The notes under the pieces: generated by a model
The model's database searches: none
Seen by the model: the letters and a program-made list of their open reading frames with translations, nothing else
What the model was told of the DNA's origin: nothing
Part shown: piece after piece, positions 10,011 to 18,464 of the stretch
How the letters are laid out: each line of letters opens with the position of its first letter
Numbering within the stretch: position 1 is the first letter of the stretch
Program-made: the position numbers and the translations under genes
NCBI GenBank assembly: GCA_964588555.1
Contig: CAZPPT010000004.1
Coordinates: 73,698-137,697 of the forward strand
DNA from: Candidatus Micrarchaeota archaeon
GTDB taxonomy: Archaea; Micrarchaeota; Micrarchaeia; Anstonellales; Bilamarchaeaceae
DNA length: 64,000 bases
Reading direction: 5' to 3'

Positions 10011-10529
10011 TTATTTTTCCTTCTCAATGATGCTGATGTCGCCAAGCGTGATCTCATCCTTAAAGCCGCCCATGCGCACACCGCTTCCAAGGATCGCACG
10101 GATTTCCTTTGCCTCATTGTGGAGTTTCTTGATTGAGTCAAGCACGCCCCGGAGCTCCTCTTCAGTTGCCGTGATGTCCTTTTGTGCGTTTTCGATGTCC
10201 TCTTCGACAAATTTTTTCTTTCGGCGTGCCTTTTCCACTTCCTGCACTTCCTCAAGCCTCTTGTCGATGACCTTCAATTCCTTGATAAGCTCGCGTTCAA
10301 TTCCAGGCGTGTACGCCTGGGTCGCGATCTTGAATTCAAGCGCCCGCTTGCTTTTTCGTAACGGGCCAATGCGGATATCCTTTGTCTTCTCAAGGAATGG
10401 CTCAAGTGCCTTATGCTCATATTCCTTGTAATGGAGCCTGCGCTTAAGCGCCCGTATCTTGTCAAGAAGCATGCCTTTCTTCTTTTCAAGCTCTCCTAGC
10501 TGTGTCCTTACTTCTTCTTCGTTGTGCAT
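10011..10529 (-). CDS. Archaeal coiled-coil protein, possibly COG1340-like
   Basis: Highly charged K/E/R-rich heptad sequence of 172 aa. Confidence 0.4.
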   Translation of the reverse strand: MHNEEEVRTQLGELEKKKGMLLDKIRALKRRLHYKEYEHKALEPFLEKTKDIRIGPLRKSKRALEFKIATQAYTPGIERELIKELKVIDKRLEEVQEVEKARRKKKFVEEDIENAQKDITATEEELRGVLDSIKKLHNEAKEIRAILGSGVRMGGFKDEITLGDISIIEKEK

Positions 10530-10664
10530 ATCATCAACATTGGATGTTTTGTAAAAAATAATCTATAATAAGGTAAATACCTTTTGAAGATACATATTTT
10601 TAATTACTTTGTTTTGCGATGGAAAATCTTATTAAGTTATTTGCCGAAGCTATGTTGCATTATT

Positions 10665-11837
10665 ATGGCTGACGCTGACATACATAAATTAATATCGCTT
10701 ACTTTTGACGAGAACCCTAAAATCAGGCTCGATGCAGCGGCCAAATTGTCAAAGATCGACGACCCTGCCGCGCTTTTTGCACTCATGGAACTTAGTTACG
10801 ACAAGGACCTTGAAGTAAAGAATTTTGCACAAAACGCCCTTGAAAAGAAAAAATCCGAAGAAGAGGAAGTCATGAGCTTTGCAGAAATTTTTTCCACCAA
10901 GAAGGAAGAGGCCGCATCAGTTTCCCCCGATGCAGTTGTACCTGGCGACAAGAAGGAAAAGATGCTCTCCCCGATTACGAAGTTGTTTGAGAAAAAGCTT
11001 GGCAAGCAGCGTGCCGATCGGGTGCGGCAGCGCATGATGCCTGCGATTGAAAAAGTATACATGAAGTCGACCTCCCAGGACAAGGCAGGCGAGAATGAGC
11101 CGGGACGAAAGGCAATACAGGAATTTTTGACTAGTTACCTTGATGCAATTTCTGACCTCGAGTCCATTGCAACGCCTGATGGCCATGTTATCCCCGATTC
11201 CGACCAGCCTGAAGCGGTTCACCACGAGGGAGGCGAAGTGCCTTCTGTTGCACAACTTGCAGTAACTGAAATTGAGGAAGTGTCACGTGACCATGACGTT
11301 TCGGGAATTACGCAGGAAGTTTACGAGCTTGAGGAGCGGGAACGAAAAGAGGCGCATGAAGAAGAGACGTTTACGAAGTTGCCGGATACCCCGTTTAAAA
11401 AGGCGTATGAGGCCATGCTTGCAAGCAACGGCGATGAAGATGTCATGAAAAAAGAGCTTAGGCGCATGCAGAAAAATTTCGACCACGACCTTAAGCTTGC
11501 GTATTCGCTTGCGCGCCGGAAGTTTAGGGAAGTCAATATCACGCACGTTTCGAAGATAAAGGACGGCATGCGGAACGTCAATACGGATTTACTTTCCGTT
11601 ACCGGCGTTGAAACAATCGCATACGAAAAGGGCAAGCAAAAACTTACCGCGACCCGGGTCATGGTCCAGGATGCAAAGGAACGCGAGGCGGTCGTATACC
11701 TGTTTGATGGCCGCGGCTCGTGGATTAAGGAAGGCATGAAGATCAAGGTCATCAAGGGACAGGCAAAGTCGTTTAAGTTCTCAGGGGAAACCGCGCTTAC
11801 GGTCGGCTCGAAAGGAAATGTGTATATTGTTCTTTGA
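10665..11837 (+). CDS. HEAT-repeat (PBS-lyase-like) protein with an acidic linker and a conserved C-terminal domain
   Basis: N-terminal NPKIRLDAAAKLSKIDDPAALFALMELSYDKDLEVKNFAQNAL matches HEAT_PBS repeats. The ATG at 10665 is preferred over the upstream in-frame ATG at 10584. Confidence 0.5.
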   Translation: MADADIHKLISLTFDENPKIRLDAAAKLSKIDDPAALFALMELSYDKDLEVKNFAQNALEKKKSEEEEVMSFAEIFSTKKEEAASVSPDAVVPGDKKEKMLSPITKLFEKKLGKQRADRVRQRMMPAIEKVYMKSTSQDKAGENEPGRKAIQEFLTSYLDAISDLESIATPDGHVIPDSDQPEAVHHEGGEVPSVAQLAVTEIEEVSRDHDVSGITQEVYELEERERKEAHEEETFTKLPDTPFKKAYEAMLASNGDEDVMKKELRRMQKNFDHDLKLAYSLARRKFREVNITHVSKIKDGMRNVNTDLLSVTGVETIAYEKGKQKLTATRVMVQDAKEREAVVYLFDGRGSWIKEGMKIKVIKGQAKSFKFSGETALTVGSKGNVYIVL

Positions 11838-11840
11838 TTT

Positions 11841-11946
11841 GAAAAACTGGATTCATACCCCGTTGCTTGCAACGAAACCCAGTTTTTCAAAGTTGTGACC
11901 GAATGGGGCATACCCCTCCAGCTTGCTGCGGGATCCCTTCGGTCAC
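11841..11946 (+). other. Structured intergenic element with nested perfect hairpins, followed by T-tracts. Either tandem terminators or a small structured RNA.
   Basis: Perfect inverted repeats in the sequence: GAAAAACTGG/CCAGTTTTTC, CGTTGC-TT-GCAACG, GTGACCGAA/TTCGGTCAC and GGGG-CATA-CCCC. Confidence 0.35.
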
Positions 11947-11981
11947 ATTGATTTTTTAATTATTTTAATTACTAATTTTTT

Positions 11982-12839
11982 ATGGCAGCCAAATTGTCTC
12001 TTGCCCGTACTCGAAAGCCACAAACTGGGGGTGCACGGAACGATCTTTTCGTGAGATATAAGTCCGATCCTACTTCTGCGCTTGGTGGTCAGATTGAACA
12101 GCTTGAACGCGCCCGGATGCTGTCTGCTGCAAAGTTTGTCATGAATAGATATCCTCACATAAAGGGAAGCGTTTCGCTGGGGCAGCTTGTGAATGCCGGT
12201 TTTAAGGGTTTATTGGAAGGGCTTAGGCGATTTGACCCGTCAAGGGGTGCAGCGTTTGACACCTTTATATTTCACCGCGTACGTGGTGCAATGGTTGATG
12301 AGCTTCGGGAACTTGGCCTTCTTGCAAAAACTGAAACGCGAGGAAGGGGCACCATACATATTCCGATAGATGCACTGTCAAATTCACTTTATAGCCCAGT
12401 TCCCCGTGCAGACGACTTGATCATACGGCAAGAGGCGCTTTTGCGCATCAGACAAGCCCTGGAGCATCTTAAAGAAGACGAACGGACGTTTATCGAGCTT
12501 TATTATTTCGAAGGGCTTACTATGGAACAGGCAGGCGACCGCTTAGGTGTAAGTAAATCCTGGTGTTCCCAGCTGCATCAAAGGGCGCTCAGCCGTTTGC
12601 GCTGCCTTCTGAGGGAAACGGGATTGCCTTCGCACCGTCAACCGACTTCGCGCGTAGTGCATGATGCGGGGACAATCCTGGGCCACAAGGACATTGCAGC
12701 CCGCTATGGCATCCCGAAGGGCAGCATGAATGGCGTTATTGAAAAGTATGGCCTTCAAAAGGTCAGTCGTGGCCAATACATGGTTACTGCCGAAATCGAT
12801 GCGGCACTTACGGCAAGATACGGCAGGTACGATCCTTAA
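11982..12839 (+). CDS. Sigma-70 family RNA polymerase sigma factor, FliA/sigma-28-like. It has regions 2 and 4 plus an 80 aa C-terminal extension.
   Basis: Region 2 (LGQLVNAGFKGLLEGLRRFDPSRGAAFDTFIFHRVRGAMVDELRE) resembles FliA (..AGGIGLLNAVERYD...FTTYAVQRIRGAMLDELR). Region 4 (ELYYFEGLTMEQAGDRLGVSKSWCSQLHQRALSRLR) also resembles FliA (..[34 protein letters not shown]). Confidence 0.65.
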   Translation: MAAKLSLARTRKPQTGGARNDLFVRYKSDPTSALGGQIEQLERARMLSAAKFVMNRYPHIKGSVSLGQLVNAGFKGLLEGLRRFDPSRGAAFDTFIFHRVRGAMVDELRELGLLAKTETRGRGTIHIPIDALSNSLYSPVPRADDLIIRQEALLRIRQALEHLKEDERTFIELYYFEGLTMEQAGDRLGVSKSWCSQLHQRALSRLRCLLRETGLPSHRQPTSRVVHDAGTILGHKDIAARYGIPKGSMNGVIEKYGLQKVSRGQYMVTAEIDAALTARYGRYDP

Positions 12840-12898
12840 GACCGATGTATTTTTATTCCCTTCTTGTACAACATATGTATATCTTTTTCGGTGGGGAT

Positions 12899-13588
12899 AT
12901 GAGTTCTTCGTTAGATGTAGGCACTAGTGGGAAAACCATTGAAATAATCCCTGCCGTTTTGGTCAAATCCCGTGCTGACCTTATTAATGCAATTGAGCTC
13001 GTAAAGCCGTATGTAAAAACCGTGCAGATCGATATTATGGACGGCGTATTTGTTCCAAACAAGACGATTGGCACTGATGAACTTGTGGACCTTCCAACTG
13101 GTGTCAGGTATGAATTCCATTGGATGGTCGAAGAGCCTGAAAACTGGATTGAACGCCTCGGACCCGAACGCATGGGCGACCTCCATCTTGTGCACGTTGA
13201 ATCATTTATGGATTTTAACAAGGTAAAGCAGGCGGTGGAAAAGCGCAACGCACACCTCGGAATCGCGTTCAATCCAGCCACCCCTCTTGAGAAACTCAAT
13301 GACTATGGGGACAAAATTAATTATGTTCTTGCAATGACCGTTGTGCCTGGTTTTTCAGGCCAGAAATATATTTCAAGTGTCGAGGCAAAGATTATTGAAT
13401 TACGCAAACGGCACCCCGGGTATGATATTGAAGTCGACGGTGGCATTACGGTTGAAACAGTTCCTGGCGCAGTTCAGGCAGGTGCAAACAAGATCGTTGC
13501 CGCAAGCGCAATTTACGGTACAAACGATGTCGCACGTGCGATCCAAGAACTCACGCGTGCTGCACAAAAGGGTAATGTCCATGGTTAA
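12899..13588 (+). CDS. rpe: Ribulose-phosphate 3-epimerase
   Basis: VQIDIMDGVFVPN... AMTVVPGFSGQKYI... IEVDGGI motifs. An alternative start lies at 12845. Confidence 0.75.
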   Translation: MSSSLDVGTSGKTIEIIPAVLVKSRADLINAIELVKPYVKTVQIDIMDGVFVPNKTIGTDELVDLPTGVRYEFHWMVEEPENWIERLGPERMGDLHLVHVESFMDFNKVKQAVEKRNAHLGIAFNPATPLEKLNDYGDKINYVLAMTVVPGFSGQKYISSVEAKIIELRKRHPGYDIEVDGGITVETVPGAVQAGANKIVAASAIYGTNDVARAIQELTRAAQKGNVHG

Positions 13589-14441
13589 CCGGGTAAGGAT
13601 TACGAGTATTAAGAAACTTCGCCTTGTTGCAAACGGCATCCGCCAGGATGTCATAAAAATGCTTCTTGAGGCAAAATCAGGCCACAGCGCCGGCAGCATC
13701 GGCCTTGCGGACATATTTACTGCATTGTACTTCAATGTCCTCTATCACGATCCAAAAAACCCTCAGTGGAAGGATCGTGATCGCCTTGTCTTGTCAAATG
13801 CGCATGTGTGCCCTGTCATGTATGCTGCAATGGCCGAGGCGGGTTATTTTGACAAAGCAGAACTTCTGACGCTCCGAAAGCTTGGTTCCCGCTTGCAGGG
13901 GCATCCGCATCCCGGAACCCTGCCTGGCGTCGAAACGGCAGGCGGCCCGCTTGGGCAGGGACTCAGCCAGGCGGTCGGTATGGCGCTTGTTGCGCGTGCA
14001 GAGCGAAAGCGATGGCGCGTCTATTGCGTCATGAGCGACGGCGAGCACAACGAGGGACAGACGTGGGAGGCAATCATGCTTGCGGCAAAATATAAGCTTG
14101 GCAACCTTACTGCGATTATTGACCGCAATAACATTCAGATGGACGGCATGACCGAGGAAATCTTGCCGCTTGAGCCGTTTGCGGAGAAGTATCGTGCCTT
14201 TGGCTGGCGCGTCATTGAGGTCGACGGCCACAATGTCGGCAAATTTATTGAGGCATGCGAAGAGAGTAAGGCGATTTACGAGCGGCCGACCGTCATCATT
14301 GCGCACACGATTCCTGGCAAGGGGATCCCATACATGGAATATTTAAGCGAATGGCACGGAAAGCCCCCAAGCAAGGAACAGGCTGATGAGGCACTTGCGC
14401 TTTTGGATGCCGAAAAGAAACTGATTGAGGAGAGCGAATAA
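13581..14441 (+). CDS. Transketolase, N-terminal (thiamine-diphosphate-binding) subunit
   Basis: GHSAGSIGLADIFTALYF... GPLGQGLSQAVGMA... DGEHNEGQTWEA. The ATG overlaps the rpe stop (ATGGTTAA). Split transketolase is typical of archaea. Confidence 0.8.
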   Translation: MVNRVRITSIKKLRLVANGIRQDVIKMLLEAKSGHSAGSIGLADIFTALYFNVLYHDPKNPQWKDRDRLVLSNAHVCPVMYAAMAEAGYFDKAELLTLRKLGSRLQGHPHPGTLPGVETAGGPLGQGLSQAVGMALVARAERKRWRVYCVMSDGEHNEGQTWEAIMLAAKYKLGNLTAIIDRNNIQMDGMTEEILPLEPFAEKYRAFGWRVIEVDGHNVGKFIEACEESKAIYERPTVIIAHTIPGKGIPYMEYLSEWHGKPPSKEQADEALALLDAEKKLIEESE

Positions 14442-14442
14442 T

Positions 14443-15435
14443 ATGGCACTCTGCATTAAGGAAATGGCACTTGTTGAGGATCCGCTTTCTCCAAAGTCAA
14501 GCGTTTCAACGCGCGACGGCTTTGGGAAGGGCCTCGCAGAAGCAGGTGAGGAGAACCAAAATCTTTGGGTACTTACTGCTGATGTAACTGAAAGTACGCG
14601 CGTGAATTGGTTTTCGGAAAAGTTTCCCAAGCGGTTTATCCAGATCGGGATTGCCGAGCAGAACATGGCGGGCGTTGCGGCGGGCGTTGCGGCATGCGGA
14701 AAGACTGCGGTCATGTCTTCGTTTTCCGCATTTTCGCCTGGCAGGAACTGGGACCAGATCCGTGTTTCCATCTGCTATTCTGACACTGACGTAAAGATCT
14801 GTTCAACTCATGCCGGCTTGACGGTCGGGCCTGACGGCGCGACGCACCAGGCATTGGAGGATGTGGCCATGCTTCGTGCGCTTCCAAACATGACTATTGT
14901 CGTTCCTTGCGATGCCGAACAGGCACGCCGTGCAACAAAAGCCGTTATCGGCGTACGCGGTCCTACGTATATGCGCTTTTCGCGTGAAAAGGCGGCTGTC
15001 TTTACTACTGACAAGACTCCGTTTGAAATTGGCAAGGCAAACGTGTACCGTGAGGGAAAGGATGTCGCAATAATTGCGTGCGGCTTTGAAGTCTATGAGA
15101 GCCTGAAGGCTGCCGAATCGCTTTCTAAGGAGGGCATTGACTGCACGGTTATTGACTGCCATACTATTAAGCCGATCGATCAAAATACGATTGTTGAATC
15201 CGCGCGCAAAACCCGCCTTATTGTGACTGTCGAAGAGCACCAGATTAACGGCGGACTTGGAAGCGCGGTTGCTGAAGTGCTTTCTGAAAATAATACTGGC
15301 GCGCGCCTCGTCCGCCATGGCATCATGGATACATTTTGTGAAAGTGGGGATGCAAAGGATCTTTTGAAGAAATATAAATTGGATGCAACGGGCATTGCAG
15401 AGGTTGTAAGGGAAGCGGTGAAAAAATCAACGTAA
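14443..15435 (+). CDS. Transketolase, C-terminal subunit
   Basis: FIQIGIAEQNMAGVAAG... and a C-terminal transketolase-type domain. The ATG lies 1 nt after the stop of the N-terminal subunit gene. Confidence 0.8.
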   Translation: MALCIKEMALVEDPLSPKSSVSTRDGFGKGLAEAGEENQNLWVLTADVTESTRVNWFSEKFPKRFIQIGIAEQNMAGVAAGVAACGKTAVMSSFSAFSPGRNWDQIRVSICYSDTDVKICSTHAGLTVGPDGATHQALEDVAMLRALPNMTIVVPCDAEQARRATKAVIGVRGPTYMRFSREKAAVFTTDKTPFEIGKANVYREGKDVAIIACGFEVYESLKAAESLSKEGIDCTVIDCHTIKPIDQNTIVESARKTRLIVTVEEHQINGGLGSAVAEVLSENNTGARLVRHGIMDTFCESGDAKDLLKKYKLDATGIAEVVREAVKKST

Positions 15436-15501
15436 TAAACCAACTAGTTTCAAACCAAACGGTTTATTATTTTATAAACTAAAAAGTTTAATGTACTCAT
15501 T

Positions 15502-16833
15502 TTACTTAATATCTTCAACAACCTTTACGTACTCCTCAAGCAATTCTTGAGCGCGTTTCTCACTCTTTGCTTCAGAAAATATTCGCACATATCCTTCAGT
15601 GCCGCTTGCCCGCACAATGACCCATGCATCCTCAAAGTCAATGCGCACGCCGTCAATATCTCGATAATTTAATTTATTTTTAATCGCGTACTCGCGCATC
15701 GAATTGATGATTTTTAATTTTCGCTCGTCGTTCGCATCGATCTTTGTTTTTTTATTGTAATAGTTTGGAATCTCACGTACCCATTCACTTAGCTTTTTCT
15801 CACAGAGCGCTTCAACAATCTTTGCAGCTGTCAAGAAGCCGTCCTTTGCCAAGCTTATCTCTGGCCAAATTACGCCCCCCACCTCTTCGCCTGCCATTAC
15901 CGCAGCCTTGTTTTGTACAATCGCTTCGCTTAGGTACGGCGCCCCGATCTTCGTATATGCAACTTCAGCCCCGTTTTTTTTGGCTATTTCCTCAATTCCC
16001 CGTGAGGTGGCGACTGTCGTTACGACCGTCCCTTTTTTCTGCCTTAGCTTAAGCATTACAGAAACGGCAAATACCTTGTCACCGATTATATAATCCCCTC
16101 TTTCATCAACCATGATGACCCGGTCACCATCGCCGTCCCACGCAATGCCGCAGTCGTAACTGCCTATTTTCATTATTTTTATCAAATCACGAACATTATT
16201 TTCAGTCGGTTCTGAGGGTCTCCCTGGAAATGAGCCGTCAATATGTGAATGTATTGAAGTTACCTCGCACCCAAGTGCACGAAAGAGATGCGGCGCAATC
16301 GTTGCGGCCATCCCATTGCCACAGTCAAGGAGTACTCTTTTGCCCTGCGTTTTTTTTGCATCAAGTTCCGTACGCATCGCTTCAACATGGTCCTTGACTG
16401 CCCATTCATATTGCCTCATCGTTCCCTTTTTTGTTTTTATTTTTGGCGGGGCGTCGATTAACTTTTCGATTTCTTCCCCGCGTTCCTTTGAAATTGCAAC
16501 CTCGTTTCCGTCAGTTACCTTTAACCCATTATACTCAGGCGGGTTATGTGAGGCGGTGATAATGATCAGCCCGTCTGCATGAAGTTTCTTTACCATGAAT
16601 TCCGCAGTTGGCGTTGATACCATGCCAAGGTCAATGATAGTACTTCCGGAATCAACCAAGCCGCGGACCACGTATTCTTTAAGGAGCGGGCCTGTCTTCC
16701 GTGCATCATATGCAAGGAGTATTTTCCCACCTTTAAAGTAGGCGCCTACGGCATATCCCGCCCGTCCTGCAAGTTCCGGCGTGAGCACATCTATCGTTCC
16801 CCTGATCCCGTTTGTCCCGAAGTATTTTGCCAT
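15502..16833 (-). CDS. Archaeal phosphoglucosamine mutase / phosphomannomutase (alpha-D-phosphohexomutase)
   Basis: MAKYFGTNGIRG..., the active-site motif TASHNPPEYNG, and the motif DGDGDR. Confidence 0.8.
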   Translation of the reverse strand: MAKYFGTNGIRGTIDVLTPELAGRAGYAVGAYFKGGKILLAYDARKTGPLLKEYVVRGLVDSGSTIIDLGMVSTPTAEFMVKKLHADGLIIITASHNPPEYNGLKVTDGNEVAISKERGEEIEKLIDAPPKIKTKKGTMRQYEWAVKDHVEAMRTELDAKKTQGKRVLLDCGNGMAATIAPHLFRALGCEVTSIHSHIDGSFPGRPSEPTENNVRDLIKIMKIGSYDCGIAWDGDGDRVIMVDERGDYIIGDKVFAVSVMLKLRQKKGTVVTTVATSRGIEEIAKKNGAEVAYTKIGAPYLSEAIVQNKAAVMAGEEVGGVIWPEISLAKDGFLTAAKIVEALCEKKLSEWVREIPNYYNKKTKIDANDERKLKIINSMREYAIKNKLNYRDIDGVRIDFEDAWVIVRASGTEGYVRIFSEAKSEKRAQELLEEYVKVVEDIK

Positions 16834-16834
16834 G

Positions 16835-18460
16835 TCAATCAGCATGCGGTAATTTTTCAATACGTACGACTATTCCGCCCGGGATGCGTGCCTTGCGGAG
16901 AAATGAGCCAATAAGTACAATCTCATTTTTGTTCAGTAATCTTAAATAGATGATTCCCAGCGCATATATGGCTGAAATAATACTAAATATGATCCCCAGT
17001 TCAAAAAGTAGTGCAAATTTTTCCCGGTTGGCCAGTTCTTCAAGCGGTACAAACAGGGAATGTACAAGAGACACAAGCATCCCTTTTAGGAAGAAAAATA
17101 CGATGAATAAAGCGATAAGAAGGAGTATCGACCTGCCAAACCACCCCAAGAAGCCAAATCCAAACTTTTTGTTGCCGTAATAATAGGCGAGGGCAAACGT
17201 ACTTAGGTAAAACGACATGAATGCCGCCCCGGCAGCTTCGATACCATAGATCGGTATCCCAAACAGGTTTATTGCAAGGCTTATGACAAGGCCGCTTACG
17301 GTTATGCCAAAATTGAGCCCGGCACGCTTGAGCGCTATAAATGCGTTCTTCCACGAATAGCCGATGGTAAAGAAGAAAAATCCAAGCACGATGAGAAAGA
17401 GCGTTGTCCCGCCCTGGGCATAGTCATTTCCATAGAGGACACCAAGTATTTCTGAAGGAAAGAGGAGGATAAAAACAAATAATGATCCCGTAGCAAGCAA
17501 TGACCATTTGGTGGAAGTGTTCGTAAGCTCGCTGATTTTTGAGAAATCATTCTCGTTTTTGCCATGTATATTTGCAATAATCGGGATGAATATGCCCCCA
17601 ATCGCAGAGGAGAATACCTGGAGGAGCGTACCGAAGCTTAGGCAAATTGCATAAATTGCAATAAGCGATGCTGAGTTTCCCCCCTCAAGGAGGCTGTCAA
17701 GAAGTATCCGGTCGATGTTTGAAAATATGGTCGCGACCACGCTTCCCCCCATCATCGCAAGCCCAAATGGAAGGACTTCTCCTGCAAGTTCCTTGTACCT
17801 GACAGTATCCATTGTCGTCGGAAATCCCGAGTAAATGCGCCACGCATAGTACAGCACAAAGACCGTCCCAAGACCAAACGAGACAACGAACAGGACAGTA
17901 AGTGAGGCTGCCGATGCCCCCCAGACTGCAAGTGCGACCGGGATAAGTGCAATGCGGCTTATAAGCTGTATTGTCTGTGAAAGGGAGGTTTGTTTTGCCT
18001 GCCTAAATGAGAGCACAAAATACTGCCCTATGGTAAATAGTGCATTAAGTACGAGGTAGATTGAAAATATTCCAAGAATCGGCACCAATTCCGTTTTGTT
18101 TGATGAAAACGAGGCAAGCTCGCCCGGGAAGAGCCAGAACCCGCCTACGATAACAAGCGAGCTCCCCACCCCCAATGCAAAAACCAGGTGCATGAGCTTC
18201 TTAATCCTTTCATAATCCTCTTTTCCATAATAATTTCCAACATACGTCTGGATAATCCCACTAATGCCAAAGTCAGTGAAAATGGTAAAGAGGCTTATCG
18301 TACTTAGGGCAATTGAATACAGCCCGATTTCTTCCTGCGGGAAGAGCCGCGTCATGATCATGGCAAATACGATCCCAAGCACTCGCCCTGCCATTATCCC
18401 TACAAAAAGCCAGAATGACCCCCTGCCAAGGTCCTTAACGTCTTTTTCTTTGTCTGACAT
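16835..18460 (-). CDS. Polysaccharide/oligosaccharide flippase (MOP/Wzx-like, multi-TM)
   Basis: About 12 predicted TM helices, with polysaccharide-biosynthesis-protein-like composition. Confidence 0.6.
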   Translation of the reverse strand: MSDKEKDVKDLGRGSFWLFVGIMAGRVLGIVFAMIMTRLFPQEEIGLYSIALSTISLFTIFTDFGISGIIQTYVGNYYGKEDYERIKKLMHLVFALGVGSSLVIVGGFWLFPGELASFSSNKTELVPILGIFSIYLVLNALFTIGQYFVLSFRQAKQTSLSQTIQLISRIALIPVALAVWGASAASLTVLFVVSFGLGTVFVLYYAWRIYSGFPTTMDTVRYKELAGEVLPFGLAMMGGSVVATIFSNIDRILLDSLLEGGNSASLIAIYAICLSFGTLLQVFSSAIGGIFIPIIANIHGKNENDFSKISELTNTSTKWSLLATGSLFVFILLFPSEILGVLYGNDYAQGGTTLFLIVLGFFFFTIGYSWKNAFIALKRAGLNFGITVSGLVISLAINLFGIPIYGIEAAGAAFMSFYLSTFALAYYYGNKKFGFGFLGWFGRSILLLIALFIVFFFLKGMLVSLVHSLFVPLEELANREKFALLFELGIIFSIISAIYALGIIYLRLLNKNEIVLIGSFLRKARIPGGIVVRIEKLPHAD

Positions 18461-18464
18461 GGTT

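Noticed and set aside
13794-15318. Minus-strand ORFs 13794..14306 and 14803..15318 (170-171 aa)
   Set aside because: They are antisense to the transketolase subunits.
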